From: a virus
DNA: 64,000 nucleotides
Direction: 5' to 3' (one strand)
Virus record (IMG/VR): IMGVR_UViG_3300027857_000012
Span: 32,001 to 96,000 of that record
Shown: positions 48,647 through 58,821 of the stretch, piece by piece
Numbering within the stretch: the first letter of the stretch is position 1
Layout: every line of letters starts with the position of its first letter
Position numbers and translations under genes: made by a program
Notes under the pieces: model-generated
The model's database searches: none
Told to the model about the DNA's origin: nothing
What the model saw: the letters and a program-made list of their open reading frames with translations, nothing else

Positions 48647-49014
48647 AACGACTTTTGCTCTTGTGTGTTTTCTGCGTCTTCGCCGTAGCATGTTCTGGTG
48701 GGCCAACACCTCAAGAAACAAGTACGACACCAACAACATGCCATGTCGCATCGACGCAACGCATTCATAATTCGACAGTCTTTTTGCAGAAATGCACAGA
48801 GAGTGATTTTGTTGCGATAAGCAATCAGCATGTTGTGCCGACAAATGTCTCATGCACAGAGACGTTAGCAACGCATGAAACGCAATTCGATATTCCTGCA
48901 ATTGAAGGGACAGGGAATACACAACTCTGTACTCTTTCAGCAAATTGGAAATCTGCCATGATCACATGGACAGATGATACACAGAATCACACAGTCACAT
49001 TTTCAAATTCGTAA
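48643..49014 (+). CDS. lipoprotein
   Basis: MKRLLLLCVFCVFAVAC lipobox. Confidence 0.7.
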   Translation: MKRLLLLCVFCVFAVACSGGPTPQETSTTPTTCHVASTQRIHNSTVFLQKCTESDFVAISNQHVVPTNVSCTETLATHETQFDIPAIEGTGNTQLCTLSANWKSAMITWTDDTQNHTVTFSNS

Positions 49015-49040
49015 TGCAATGCATGTCATAAGAGAGTACG

Positions 49041-49268
49041 ATGCGTCGATTCGGGGAAGTAGCGTTTCCATTTCTTCTTGCTGCTTCATCATTATTACTA
49101 TTTTTTACTGTATTGTATGCATTTCTCTATAATTTCATTTATCTGTTCGTCTGGTTTCTCTGGTATTTTATTGGTGCACTGTGGCTTGTCTCATTCTTTT
49201 TCATGCTTATGACAGCAAAAGAAGAGAAACGACGAGCACAGAAGTATCATCGAAAAACGCCGAATTAG
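49041..49268 (+). CDS. small membrane protein
   Basis: Two TM segments and a basic tail; stop lies inside tRNA-Thr. Confidence 0.6.
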   Translation: MRRFGEVAFPFLLAASSLLLFFTVLYAFLYNFIYLFVWFLWYFIGALWLVSFFFMLMTAKEEKRRAQKYHRKTPN

Positions 49269-49331
49269 CTCAGTGGTAGAGCACCGTTTTTGTAAATCGG
49301 ATGTCGTGGGTTCGATCCCCTCATTCGGCCT
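49259..49331 (+). tRNA. tRNA-Thr(UGU)
   Basis: Cloverleaf; loop tttgtaa. Confidence 0.85.
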
Positions 49332-49394
49332 TAGAGGACGCGCCTCTTTTCACTGAAAATTGAAAATGAAAATACAATTGAGAGGAACAACATT

Positions 49395-50087
49395 TTGTCA
49401 ACACCGATTGAACCTGCTGTTCAACTTGATGTAACAACATCAATGGATGATGATGCAGATCGTGCTGGAACTATCACGAAGAAATTACTCGCGATTCGAT
49501 TGCTTCGCGGTATTGTGGCTGGCACTGCAGACGTTGATGCACAGGCGAGTGATGAGCATGGGCAAGGTGGCACATTCGCCACATGGTTTGGAGGGGCGCG
49601 TGCTGGTGCGATTGGGAAAGGGCATATGCGTGAAGTGTATCCACTTGCACGTGGCGACAACGACCCCGAAGATAATGCTGGTGATCTCAATCCAAACAAT
49701 TTTGATCTTATGATGCGAACCGTGCGTTGGGGTGGAAATACCTATATCATGCCGTCTGTGCGTCTTCAAATGCAACATTACAATGACGAGTTCGGATCTG
49801 GTCGTGAAGATGGCCCTCTCGATACCGAATATCAACCAATTCTTGGATTGGTGACGATTACGGATGGTGAGTTAGGTGATGGTGATCAGTTTGCCGAGTG
49901 GCTTGAACAGCAAAGTGGAAAAGTGTATGCGACGACCGTTGTGCTCGGCTTTGGACATGAACACGATCGTGCAGTGAAACAGTGGAAACAGATTGCGTTG
50001 CGCAACCCACATGTGTTTGTCATTGAAGCAGATGGATCAACAGACGCAAACGATCTGGCTGCTCAAGTGCTTGCTCGTCTTCGGTAA
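49395..50087 (+). CDS. vWA-domain protein
   Basis: LDVTTSM (MIDAS-like), GGNTY, TITDGE, VLGFG. Confidence 0.65.
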   Translation: MSTPIEPAVQLDVTTSMDDDADRAGTITKKLLAIRLLRGIVAGTADVDAQASDEHGQGGTFATWFGGARAGAIGKGHMREVYPLARGDNDPEDNAGDLNPNNFDLMMRTVRWGGNTYIMPSVRLQMQHYNDEFGSGREDGPLDTEYQPILGLVTITDGELGDGDQFAEWLEQQSGKVYATTVVLGFGHEHDRAVKQWKQIALRNPHVFVIEADGSTDANDLAAQVLARLR

Positions 50088-50108
50088 CATACTCGCCTCT
50101 CTGTCTCG

Positions 50109-50140
50109 AGGGAAGGATCGTCGATCCTTCCCTTTTTTTT
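50109..50140 (+). terminator. Rho-independent terminator
   Basis: agggaaggatcg/cgatccttccct followed by a T-run. Confidence 0.85.
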
Positions 50141-50193
50141 GCGTTTAGAATCGATGAATTTTTTTATTATGTGCATATTATCATCAAAAAATA

Positions 50194-50222
50194 TGTACTT
50201 TTTGCGCATAATATGATATAAT
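50194..50222 (+). promoter_or_regulatory. promoter (phage consensus)
   Basis: TGTACT-17-TATAAT with TG. Confidence 0.75.
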
Positions 50223-50253
50223 TATGCTATCAAAACATGTACGGAGGAGAAAA

Positions 50254-51315
50254 ATGGTTCAAACGACACAAAATGGTGCAAGTGCACCACCAGTTGTACA
50301 TAATGCGTTACTCGATATTACGAAAGTGCCGAAGCTTGTTGGCACAGAACCCGCGAGGAAGGCACGACATTTGTTGAAAGTTGTCGAAAATACAACGATT
50401 CCACTTTACCTTATCGGACCAAGTGGTTCAGGCAAAACAGCGACAATGAAAGCTGTAGGAAAGGTGTACAGCCACACACACAAAGTGCCATGTTATTATG
50501 TACAGCTTTCACCAGAAGACACAAAAACGTCGATTTTCTTAGGGCATCGAATTATTCGTGGCAGTCTCGAGGTTGTCGAAGGCGTGATGGCAATTGCTGC
50601 ACAGCAGAAAGCAATCGTGCTCGTTGACGAAATCACGCATTCAACACACCAGATGTTGTTGATGTTCAACAGTCTTGATGGCGGCGATTCAGTCATCACG
50701 ATTGGTGACAGAGCGATTAATGCTGATGGAATGCGTGTGATTTATGGGTCAAATGCATCGACCCATGCGGGAAATATTCGAGTTCCGCAAAGTTTTGCAA
50801 ATCGAGTTATCTCATTTGCATTTGAATATCCTGAATTTGAAGATGAATTGGTCATCGCAAAAGACATTGCACGTCGCAATTGGTTGGGGTCAACACCTCT
50901 TGATGTACCTGATGCTGTGATTACATTTCTGACATCATTCGTGCGTGAGAAACGACGACCTGATTGGCCTTTGAGTGCTAGAAATATCGCGCACGGCATC
51001 CTCCTCGCGCAGCTCGCGGAAATAAAACACCCTGAAATGAGTGCAAAAGCAAATAAGATCGCAGACTACTTCACGAAAAATCAAAACATTGCTGCGTCCA
51101 GACAAAATATCGCAACTCGACTGCAAATTGTTGCAAAAGACGCAACGGCATTGCAGAGGCCAGAGATTGGGGAATTTCTTGAATTTGTCTCAAAGACCGG
51201 TGTTGAAGAATTTAAGCAACTCGTCCTTTCGGCAGTGAATTTTCATGTCGATATGGAAGGCATGGATGTATTCGACACGTCGCTTAGACAAGACGTGCTG
51301 AGTACAATCATTTAA
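50254..51315 (+). CDS. MoxR/CobS-like AAA+ ATPase
   Basis: GPSGSGKT, VLVDEI, SN, ANR, FEYP, SAR. Confidence 0.85.
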   Translation: MVQTTQNGASAPPVVHNALLDITKVPKLVGTEPARKARHLLKVVENTTIPLYLIGPSGSGKTATMKAVGKVYSHTHKVPCYYVQLSPEDTKTSIFLGHRIIRGSLEVVEGVMAIAAQQKAIVLVDEITHSTHQMLLMFNSLDGGDSVITIGDRAINADGMRVIYGSNASTHAGNIRVPQSFANRVISFAFEYPEFEDELVIAKDIARRNWLGSTPLDVPDAVITFLTSFVREKRRPDWPLSARNIAHGILLAQLAEIKHPEMSAKANKIADYFTKNQNIAASRQNIATRLQIVAKDATALQRPEIGEFLEFVSKTGVEEFKQLVLSAVNFHVDMEGMDVFDTSLRQDVLSTII

Positions 51316-51333
51316 AATTATAAACATAAACGA

Positions 51334-51362
51334 TGTACTTTTTGTTTACTTTGTGATATAAT
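51334..51362 (+). promoter_or_regulatory. promoter (phage consensus)
   Basis: TGTACT-17-TATAAT with TG. Confidence 0.75.
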
Positions 51363-51383
51363 TGATTTAAATGAGGTACACAT

Positions 51384-52889
51384 ATGCATCAGTCTGTGTT
51401 GAGGCCATTGCACCTCATTCGAGGTGAGAACGTCTCTCTTGAGGAGACGACTGACTTGAATGCACCAGTGGCATCGGTGTCATTTATCAAAAACGAAAAC
51501 AAGTATACTATTCGAATCAATCATCCGAAAGCGAGAACACTCTACACAGCGTCGATGTTGAATGGAAAAGTATCATACAATGAATTTGTTGTGGGGCTTT
51601 TATATCATGAAGTGTTCCACATCTTGTTCAAATCATTTGACGTTTTGTCACCGATTCCAACAGAGTTTTTCAAATTCGTGCACAATGTTCTTCTCGATGC
51701 TCAAATTGAATATCAAGGCACGTTGAAATACCCATCTGTATCAACGTATCTTCGGTGGATTTTATCAGCACTTCGACGTGATACAGATATGGTGCAGATC
51801 GAATCAATGAAGGGTGGAAGCACACTTGTTCAAATGAAGGATGATTTCTTTTACTTAGTTCGGTTTGGTGTGGTGACACCCCATATGGATCCGCATTTCC
51901 GTGACTTTCTTATTCCGCTCATTTTAAGTGCCGTTCGACTGGATGTTTCGAATGTGATGTTGGTCACGAGGGCTGTCTATGAATACTTCATGACGACAGC
52001 CGAATCGCAAGAACTTGTCACTGCAATGTCTCGACTCGCGCCAGGATCTTTTCGCCCGTTAAATGCAGGTGATCTAGAAGTGATTGGTGAAGCAGAGCAA
52101 GTGCTTTCGTCAAATCTCAAAGATGTGCTTGATGAGGTGCAGAACACGCCTGATACTGGAAAAATGCCTGGATCCGAGCTACGTGACATCAGCGTTGAAG
52201 AGAAGGATACAGCATTTTATCGGTCAACCGTTGCAAAGTATGCAGAAACGATTACACTTATTCGAAATGCATTTAAGAGGAAGCTAAATGCGGTCGGACC
52301 ATGTCCCACATTTGATGGCGACATGAATTTAGCACGTCAACAGCAAGCATATGTCAATAGTTTAACGGGTGATTCAGATCGAGATTACTTGGTCATGAAA
52401 CCCGTTGACCTTAGTGTTGATGTTGTTGTTATTCGTGACATTTCTGGATCGACTGCAGGAATTCAGAAAGAATATGCTGAAATGACCGTATGTTTACTCG
52501 CTTCTGTTCAGCAACTTCGAGGTGTCCGATCTGCGGATATCGATTTTTCGACAACAGCTGTCGCACTTCTGGATTTCGATAAATCCATTCGGGAAGCACG
52601 CTTGTTCCCACGAGCAGATGGTGGAACGAACCTTGCACCAGCGTATCAATTAGCATTGAATATGCGGTGGCAGTCAAAACGTCGTATTATCCACGTCATT
52701 ACTGACGGTGGATTTGGTGATAGTTACAAGGATGATGAAGCGAAACTGCTTGCACGAGGCGTTAAAATCTTCAAGTGGTTGTTGCTCGAGCCAAATGAAA
52801 TGGGCGGTTCGTATTCGAATGGACTTCGAAAGACGTCCGTGAGCACATTTGGTGTCGACATTGCGAAAAGTATTCTAGGAGAACTTTAA
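51384..52889 (+). CDS. HExxH metallopeptidase-like + vWA protein (CobT/NorD-like partner)
   Basis: LLYHEVFH...NVLLDAQIE; DISGS, GGTNL, ITDG. Confidence 0.8.
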   Translation: MHQSVLRPLHLIRGENVSLEETTDLNAPVASVSFIKNENKYTIRINHPKARTLYTASMLNGKVSYNEFVVGLLYHEVFHILFKSFDVLSPIPTEFFKFVHNVLLDAQIEYQGTLKYPSVSTYLRWILSALRRDTDMVQIESMKGGSTLVQMKDDFFYLVRFGVVTPHMDPHFRDFLIPLILSAVRLDVSNVMLVTRAVYEYFMTTAESQELVTAMSRLAPGSFRPLNAGDLEVIGEAEQVLSSNLKDVLDEVQNTPDTGKMPGSELRDISVEEKDTAFYRSTVAKYAETITLIRNAFKRKLNAVGPCPTFDGDMNLARQQQAYVNSLTGDSDRDYLVMKPVDLSVDVVVIRDISGSTAGIQKEYAEMTVCLLASVQQLRGVRSADIDFSTTAVALLDFDKSIREARLFPRADGGTNLAPAYQLALNMRWQSKRRIIHVITDGGFGDSYKDDEAKLLARGVKIFKWLLLEPNEMGGSYSNGLRKTSVSTFGVDIAKSILGEL

Positions 52890-53506
52890 TGGACGATATC
52901 ACCGTCGTAGAACCGACTGATATTACTGTTGCAACGCAAACAATTCAGTGCCCTCATAATCGAGCACTCACCATCCGAAATGTGTTGGGAGCAATTGCTT
53001 ATTATCACAAAGATGATGATAAGTCATGTTTTCTGATGAATCGATTGGAGACTGGTGCGTCTCCAATTTTGTCAGCAATGGTTACGTCAACAGGGTTCGC
53101 AGATACGCCCGCAACAAGAGCAGCGGTTGTGACTGCCGGTGATGCTCGACAAGCGATTTATGCATATCTAAGCAAACTCACTGGACAACACCTTGCGGAT
53201 GCACTGAGTCGTCTATTGGTCGTCTATTCAAAGACGACAATTCAGGATACACTCATACAAGAGCTTGTGTCAACATTTGGATTGCCTGTTGTTACGAATA
53301 TTCAAGTCATCTGTGGCGAAGATTACTCAAAGTTTCTCGAGACTCGAGGGAAGAACAAAAAACAAAAGAGTGATTACATGCATATGACGAGTCTCAAAGC
53401 CCATGATGTGCAAGTCGCAACAAAAACATATGATCATGAACGACGGCAGCGTGCACAAGATCTTCAAGATTTGCTCGATGCAAGTCGATTCACAAGGGGA
53501 CGATAA
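52889..53506 (+). CDS. hypothetical protein
   Basis: TAATG coupling; aggag RBS. Confidence 0.6.
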   Translation: MDDITVVEPTDITVATQTIQCPHNRALTIRNVLGAIAYYHKDDDKSCFLMNRLETGASPILSAMVTSTGFADTPATRAAVVTAGDARQAIYAYLSKLTGQHLADALSRLLVVYSKTTIQDTLIQELVSTFGLPVVTNIQVICGEDYSKFLETRGKNKKQKSDYMHMTSLKAHDVQVATKTYDHERRQRAQDLQDLLDASRFTRGR

Positions 53507-53508
53507 AG

Positions 53509-53964
53509 GTGTCTAGAATCACATTGCATCAGCAATTTATTACCATGACTGAAGTTGTCGCGCTTCGAAGTTCATGCCCTCGAATGGCTGTTGGTGCAGT
53601 GATGACAGTGCAAGGACGCATCATTTCGACTGGGTATAATGGTTCTCCAAGAGGAACAGCACACTGTGAAGATGCTGGGTGCATTGTCACGGATGGACAC
53701 TGTATTCGAGCTGTGCATGCAGAACATAATGCGCTCCTGTTTGCAAACTTACAAGGTGTGTCAATGCATGAGACGATTCTCTATTGCTCACACCTTCCGT
53801 GTTGGGAGTGTCTTAAAATTATCATTCAACTGCACGTTGGTGCAGTCTGTTACCATCGATCATATAGAGATAATCGATGTGAGAAATTCGGATATACATC
53901 GCAAATTGATGCATTTCGTGCGGCGTGTATTGATGTATTTCAAGAATACCCAGTGATGATATGA
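53509..53964 (+). CDS. dCMP deaminase
   Basis: RSSC..VGAV..TGYNG..HAEHNA..PCWEC. Confidence 0.9.
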   Translation: MSRITLHQQFITMTEVVALRSSCPRMAVGAVMTVQGRIISTGYNGSPRGTAHCEDAGCIVTDGHCIRAVHAEHNALLFANLQGVSMHETILYCSHLPCWECLKIIIQLHVGAVCYHRSYRDNRCEKFGYTSQIDAFRAACIDVFQEYPVMI

Positions 53965-54401
53965 AAACAGAGCAAAGAGTGATTCCAGAATTGATTGAAA
54001 TCAAGATTGCATTAAATATGGATTCGTGCGTACAGGATCCACGAGCAAGAGAAACATTGCTTCGACAGTATCGAACACTGCTTCGAGTGTGTATTGCACT
54101 CGAATTACATCAACATTTTGCGGACGATCTTTCTCGACATGATATTTTTGCTGATTTATGGGCAGAGGAAGTAGCGATCGCACAAAGTGCCTGTGATGTT
54201 GGGACATATATTTCTCGGTGTCTTCGACCGATTGTTGATCGATCATTTGTGCATGCACAAATGTGGAGTGCCATTGCAGATGTTGTTCTGCGGGCACTTG
54301 GGTCGAATGCACATAAAAGTGTTCACATTTCACTTTCAGCAAAAGCATTTCGACTTGCTGAAACATTCGCACTTGAGGAGGAGAAAAATCGTGATAAGTG
54401 A
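53961..54401 (+). CDS. hypothetical protein
   Basis: ATGA coupling. Confidence 0.55.
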   Translation: MKTEQRVIPELIEIKIALNMDSCVQDPRARETLLRQYRTLLRVCIALELHQHFADDLSRHDIFADLWAEEVAIAQSACDVGTYISRCLRPIVDRSFVHAQMWSAIADVVLRALGSNAHKSVHISLSAKAFRLAETFALEEEKNRDK

Positions 54402-54678
54402 CATATTGGCATCACTTCGTGATATTGCCAACTTATCTGTTGATGAAGATGTTCGTGCAGTAACATCATACATGCAAACAATTCGGGACGCTGGTGTTTC
54501 ACCAGGAAAGGTCTCAGAACGTGGCCTTGACTTTGCAGATGAGTTGATGTTTAATCAGTATCCTGAACGACAGAAGATTATTCGGATGCAGCTATCTGCA
54601 TACATTATGTCAAAATCAGCGAAACAAGTAGGAGTACATGCAGAAACTCGCCGAGCGGAACGATCGTCAAAAGAATAA
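54391..54678 (+). CDS. hypothetical protein
   Basis: gaggagg RBS, GTG start. Confidence 0.55.
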   Translation: MISDILASLRDIANLSVDEDVRAVTSYMQTIRDAGVSPGKVSERGLDFADELMFNQYPERQKIIRMQLSAYIMSKSAKQVGVHAETRRAERSSKE

Positions 54679-54892
54679 AAAACGGTTAGTTCGCATGTCA
54701 TCAGACCCATCGTTGGATGATCGAATTAGAATTGCGCAAGCAATGTGTCTTGTGCTTGCGCAAGCGTTTCACAGTGAGTCGTTGACACAAGAAGCATTCG
54801 AAACATGCACAGCACTGGAATGTCAGGCACTTCGAATGCTTCTCACGCTCATTGACGATTTACGACAGCAAATACCCAAGGATCATTCATGA
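54638..54892 (+). CDS. hypothetical protein
   Basis: aggag RBS. Confidence 0.5.
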   Translation: MQKLAERNDRQKNKKRLVRMSSDPSLDDRIRIAQAMCLVLAQAFHSESLTQEAFETCTALECQALRMLLTLIDDLRQQIPKDHS

Positions 54893-55131
54893 TTGGATCT
54901 ATCGGCATTGGGTCTGCCCTTTTGGGCATTTTTTGGATGTATAATTGCATTGCGCTGCAACACCTCTATCAAATCACACGACAATCGACGCCTGGAAGTC
55001 ACTATTGGCTCACGACGCTTCCTGTTCGAAATCATCTTCATCAAGTTCAAAAGAAGCGTGATCGTGAGCTTCTGAAATCACTTCTTTCAATCGGGATTGC
55101 CGTGACTTGCCTTTTTCTTATCTTAAAATAA
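54889..55131 (+). CDS. small membrane protein
   Basis: Hydrophobic termini; ATGA coupling. Confidence 0.5.
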   Translation: MIGSIGIGSALLGIFWMYNCIALQHLYQITRQSTPGSHYWLTTLPVRNHLHQVQKKRDRELLKSLLSIGIAVTCLFLILK

Positions 55132-55144
55132 GTATCATTTTCTA

Positions 55145-55173
55145 TATACATTTTGAAGAAAATATGATATAAT
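55145..55173 (+). promoter_or_regulatory. promoter (phage consensus)
   Basis: TATACA-17-TATAAT with TG. Confidence 0.6.
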
Positions 55174-55214
55174 TGTGTCAAATTCAATTGTCTTTTTTTG
55201 CAAGGAGGAAAAAC

Positions 55215-55802
55215 ATGTCTCAGCATGCAGATTATTTAGAAGAAGATATTTCAGAAGAAGAACCAACGCCATTTCGAAAAGGGCCAGCACCCCGAAAAGA
55301 AAAAGCAAGCATGTCGCCTCGACGATATCTTGTGCTCGTTATCAATGGTGTGTATGGGCAATTACTGTGGGCGCGAATTAATAACAATCCAGATCTCGAG
55401 GTTGAAAAAGAGCATCGAATCAATGAGCTCCTGCGGCAAGCTGCTGACATGGGTGTATCACTTCGACGGAATCCAAAAACAGGTCGATACGTTCTCGCTG
55501 ATCCAAAAGAAGAAGCTGGAAAGTTTGGCGACTTGAACACGAGTCCGATTGATATGTTGCATACCTATTTTGACACAGCACTCGGGACACTTTTTAGTGC
55601 ATATGCTGAATTGCAAGATCAGTATCAGGATATTCGTGACGCTGAGAACAGATCAGTGATGAATGGAAACTCACCGACAGATAGTGTTCAAACGCACTAT
55701 TTGAAACTGGTGAGTGCGAAACATGATATTAAACTGTATCAAGCAATTCGAAATGATCTGCTTCGCTTATTTGGCGTGGAAGTACCCGAAGGAATATCAT
55801 AG
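55215..55802 (+). CDS. hypothetical protein
   Basis: aaggagg RBS. Confidence 0.65.
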   Translation: MSQHADYLEEDISEEEPTPFRKGPAPRKEKASMSPRRYLVLVINGVYGQLLWARINNNPDLEVEKEHRINELLRQAADMGVSLRRNPKTGRYVLADPKEEAGKFGDLNTSPIDMLHTYFDTALGTLFSAYAELQDQYQDIRDAENRSVMNGNSPTDSVQTHYLKLVSAKHDIKLYQAIRNDLLRLFGVEVPEGIS

Positions 55803-55825
55803 AATCGATGTGTTCTTGTAAACGA

Positions 55826-55854
55826 TGTACTTTTCCTCCATTTTGTGATAAAAT
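55826..55854 (+). promoter_or_regulatory. promoter (phage consensus)
   Basis: TGTACT-17-TAAAAT with TG. Confidence 0.7.
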
Positions 55855-55886
55855 ACTAGTATACAATACAAATTGGAGGGAAGAAC

Positions 55887-56651
55887 ATGAATATTAGGAC
55901 GATCAAAGCACAATTTCCAGGAACATGTTCGTTTTGTCATGAACCATTCGCCAAAGGTGATATGTTTCAATACAATTATGAATTCAAAGTAGGATATCAT
56001 GCCGGGTGTCCTATTGTCACAACTCCACTTCTTCAACGAGTACTCAGCACCCCAGTCATTCAAACACCACTTCCAATGATCGAAACGCACCGTGATGATA
56101 TTACATCTGCACCATTGAAAACACTCGATGCACAAGCACATTTGCTTCCACAAGTCATCGATCTCTTTGATGGTCGATTCAGTATTGAATATGTATTAAA
56201 AAACGGAACACGTCGGCATATTGTTGTCTGGATCAAGACGAGGAAAAAGGGGCAATATGTCGGGTCTCGATGGATTCGAGTGCATTTCGGGCAACATAAA
56301 GGTACTGAGTATGTGCATTGTGCTTTTATCACGGTCGAAGGGAAACTTGTGTTTCTTCGATCATTCACGCAAGACCCAGAGTTAGATGCTGAGCGAAAAG
56401 CAGCCGCAATCGCAGCAGTGCAAGTCCTTGTCACAGGAAAAGAAAATGCACAGTATGCGATGAATTATGCGAAAATGTCACAACGGTGTTGGCATTGCGA
56501 AAAAGTGCTCACAAACATCCGCACACTCCACGATATTGAAAAGAATGGTGGAATGGGTCCTGTATGCGTGAAAAAATATCCAAAACTTGTCGATCGTGTA
56601 CGAGATGCGTGCCGACAGGGACAACCAAGTGTTATTACATTGTCATTGTGA
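55887..56651 (+). CDS. zinc-ribbon protein (DUF6011-like C-terminus)
   Basis: N-terminal CxxC...HxxC; C-terminal RCWHCEKVLT...GMGPVC. Confidence 0.6.
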   Translation: MNIRTIKAQFPGTCSFCHEPFAKGDMFQYNYEFKVGYHAGCPIVTTPLLQRVLSTPVIQTPLPMIETHRDDITSAPLKTLDAQAHLLPQVIDLFDGRFSIEYVLKNGTRRHIVVWIKTRKKGQYVGSRWIRVHFGQHKGTEYVHCAFITVEGKLVFLRSFTQDPELDAERKAAAIAAVQVLVTGKENAQYAMNYAKMSQRCWHCEKVLTNIRTLHDIEKNGGMGPVCVKKYPKLVDRVRDACRQGQPSVITLSL

Positions 56652-56682
56652 ATCAGTGACATTTCAAAAATGCGTAAAACGA

Positions 56683-56711
56683 TGTACTTTTTCTCCACTT
56701 TGTGATATAAT
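56683..56711 (+). promoter_or_regulatory. promoter (phage consensus)
   Basis: TGTACT-17-TATAAT with TG. Confidence 0.75.
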
Positions 56712-56731
56712 TGTTCTTAGTAAAGGTACAT

Positions 56732-57091
56732 ATGCGAGAACGTGAATTACCAGGAATGCGGCAGGTATTGCCGAAACAAAGTGAAATTGACCAACATTTA
56801 ACTGCAGTGAATATGACAATGCTTGCAAGTGCACGAGCAAGAGAACTTGCGTGGTTTCATGAACGACGAATACCGATCGTCGAGGTGAACACAATGATCT
56901 ATCTTGTGCCTGATGGCATCGACGAAAAAGAGTTTGCACATCAACTTGGGCAAGTGAATCTTGTGCTTGGAGAATTGTTAACGCATCTTGCATGGTTTGA
57001 ACAGCACGGATTAAGTTTGAAACGTCGAACGGTTGCTGGAACTCAGCAGTATGTATATGATGGCAAACGAGCACCCAAAAGTGAGATGTAG
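56732..57091 (+). CDS. hypothetical protein
   Basis: aaaggt RBS after the promoter. Confidence 0.6.
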   Translation: MRERELPGMRQVLPKQSEIDQHLTAVNMTMLASARARELAWFHERRIPIVEVNTMIYLVPDGIDEKEFAHQLGQVNLVLGELLTHLAWFEQHGLSLKRRTVAGTQQYVYDGKRAPKSEM

Positions 57092-57148
57092 TTTTCTACA
57101 TCTTTGCTCATCGAGGGGCCCCAAATGTCATCTGGAATGTGATAGAAA

Positions 57149-57439
57149 TTGCGTAAGGGAACGGCCAATCCAAAAACAGCGTGGCGAACAGCATATTACG
57201 CCAAATTGAATGATATTACACAGCACTTGCATCAACAAGACGAATTATTGCAATTAATTCACACGGATCTTCCGATGTTTCGATGTCGACTGTTATTTTT
57301 TCATTATTTTGAATCATGTTGTTGGTTCGTAGATCAAGGATTCAAACTTGAATTTTCGATGATTCATGGATCAATTTTTCATGATTTGACAACAAATACG
57401 TGGAAAGTCGTCGATTCAGTCAAAATAAACGAGAAATAG
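57149..57439 (+). CDS. hypothetical protein
   Basis: ORF in operon; weak start. Confidence 0.4.
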   Translation: MRKGTANPKTAWRTAYYAKLNDITQHLHQQDELLQLIHTDLPMFRCRLLFFHYFESCCWFVDQGFKLEFSMIHGSIFHDLTTNTWKVVDSVKINEK

Positions 57440-57443
57440 TAAA

Positions 57444-57680
57444 ATGAAAATAACCATTGAGTTTGAAACAATAGATCAAGATGAAGCACTTCGAATTATT
57501 CGTGCACTGTTTCCAAGCGCAGTGTCATACAAAAGACACTGTGAAGAGTGTTCTCGATTGCTAGAAAATGGTCGATATCGATACTGTCGAGCATGTGTTC
57601 GCGGCAAACAGCATTTACAAAGTCGTGAATCAAGAGCAAGGCAAACTGCAGAATTGCGAGCATGGGCTCGTCAAGCGTAG
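57444..57680 (+). CDS. small zinc-finger protein
   Basis: CEEC...CRAC. Confidence 0.55.
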   Translation: MKITIEFETIDQDEALRIIRALFPSAVSYKRHCEECSRLLENGRYRYCRACVRGKQHLQSRESRARQTAELRAWARQA

Positions 57681-57690
57681 GAGAAACACA

Positions 57691-57873
57691 ATGCGAGCAT
57701 ATGGGCCGAAACGAAATGATTGGTGTAGTGTGCGAGGCACCATTTGCAAAGATCAGTGGTGTATTGCCAACAAGTATCGTCGTGGTCTTGGAAAAGGAAA
57801 TACTGCTCTTCATCGACGTGTTCGAAAATCAGCGAAAGCGCGAGCACGTCGTGAGAATCGAGTGCATGTATGA
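57691..57873 (+). CDS. small very basic protein
   Basis: aggag RBS; R/K-rich C-terminus. Confidence 0.55.
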   Translation: MRAYGPKRNDWCSVRGTICKDQWCIANKYRRGLGKGNTALHRRVRKSAKARARRENRVHV

Positions 57874-58181
57874 GTGAAGAGTTACGACAACGTCGAGCTG
57901 CATTTGTGGACGCAACAAATCTTGTACTTCAAGCGTATATTCTGAATGGTGGCTCATTTGGGGCACGTATGTTAATGTGTGCTGAGGTACTTGGCCCTGA
58001 CGATTTTGCAACAGTACAGTTTCTCGTCCAAGTGCTTCCAAAGGATCTCGACAATGTGTATGATATTATTGCAGCACTTGCAGGTGAATTAATCGAAGCT
58101 CGAACACGATTATGTATTCTTGGTGCAATGTCTGATGCCGATCGACTCAAGTCAGCTCGTCCGCTTTGGAGGGTTCGGTAA
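57870..58181 (+). CDS. hypothetical protein
   Basis: ATGA coupling. Confidence 0.55.
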   Translation: MSEELRQRRAAFVDATNLVLQAYILNGGSFGARMLMCAEVLGPDDFATVQFLVQVLPKDLDNVYDIIAALAGELIEARTRLCILGAMSDADRLKSARPLWRVR

Positions 58182-58624
58182 TGCTTGAAGAAGTGCATAT
58201 TGCATTTACTGGACCATCACAGAGGTGTGTAAATGATTCAATGATGCTTCGAGCACTTCTCACTGAAATTCACTTAGAATTTGGATCATCTGCTGTCATT
58301 CGAACTGGTGCGTGTATTGGGACTGATGCACTCGTTGCTCGAATTGCGACACGTCAACAGTTACATGTGTTTACAATTGTGCCAGCGTATCGAGGAAAAG
58401 TTGATGTTGAGTGGCAACAGTGGTGTGCATCATATCATGAAATGCTGGAAGAAACATCGTTTCGTGATAGAAATACATACATGGTGCAAGGAGCGGATTA
58501 TGTATTCGCCTGTTTTCGAAATCGATCGCCAGAAGCATTGCAAACAGGTGAGGGAATGACGTATCGAATTGCTCAACGAATGGGTATTCCAACGATATGT
58601 GTGTACTTTAATGAAAGTGAGTGA
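58181..58624 (+). CDS. SLOG/DprA-YspA-like Rossmann-fold protein
   Basis: IAFTG, TGACIGTD, RDRN..MV..AD, GMTYRIA...GIP. Confidence 0.7.
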   Translation: MLEEVHIAFTGPSQRCVNDSMMLRALLTEIHLEFGSSAVIRTGACIGTDALVARIATRQQLHVFTIVPAYRGKVDVEWQQWCASYHEMLEETSFRDRNTYMVQGADYVFACFRNRSPEALQTGEGMTYRIAQRMGIPTICVYFNESE

Positions 58625-58821
58625 AACGTGCAAAAGCGATATGCACTCTTGCGTTTTTTCACCATTCTGTTAACGATTGTTGTCGTGTTAGTGTTTATCA
58701 CCATTGCATTTACGACAACACATACTGCAACAGATTTTACAAATATGCTGATCCCAATAGGGATCGTCACGATTTTTGTGACCCTTATTCTTGGATTCAT
58801 TTTGAAACCAAAGAGGTAGAT

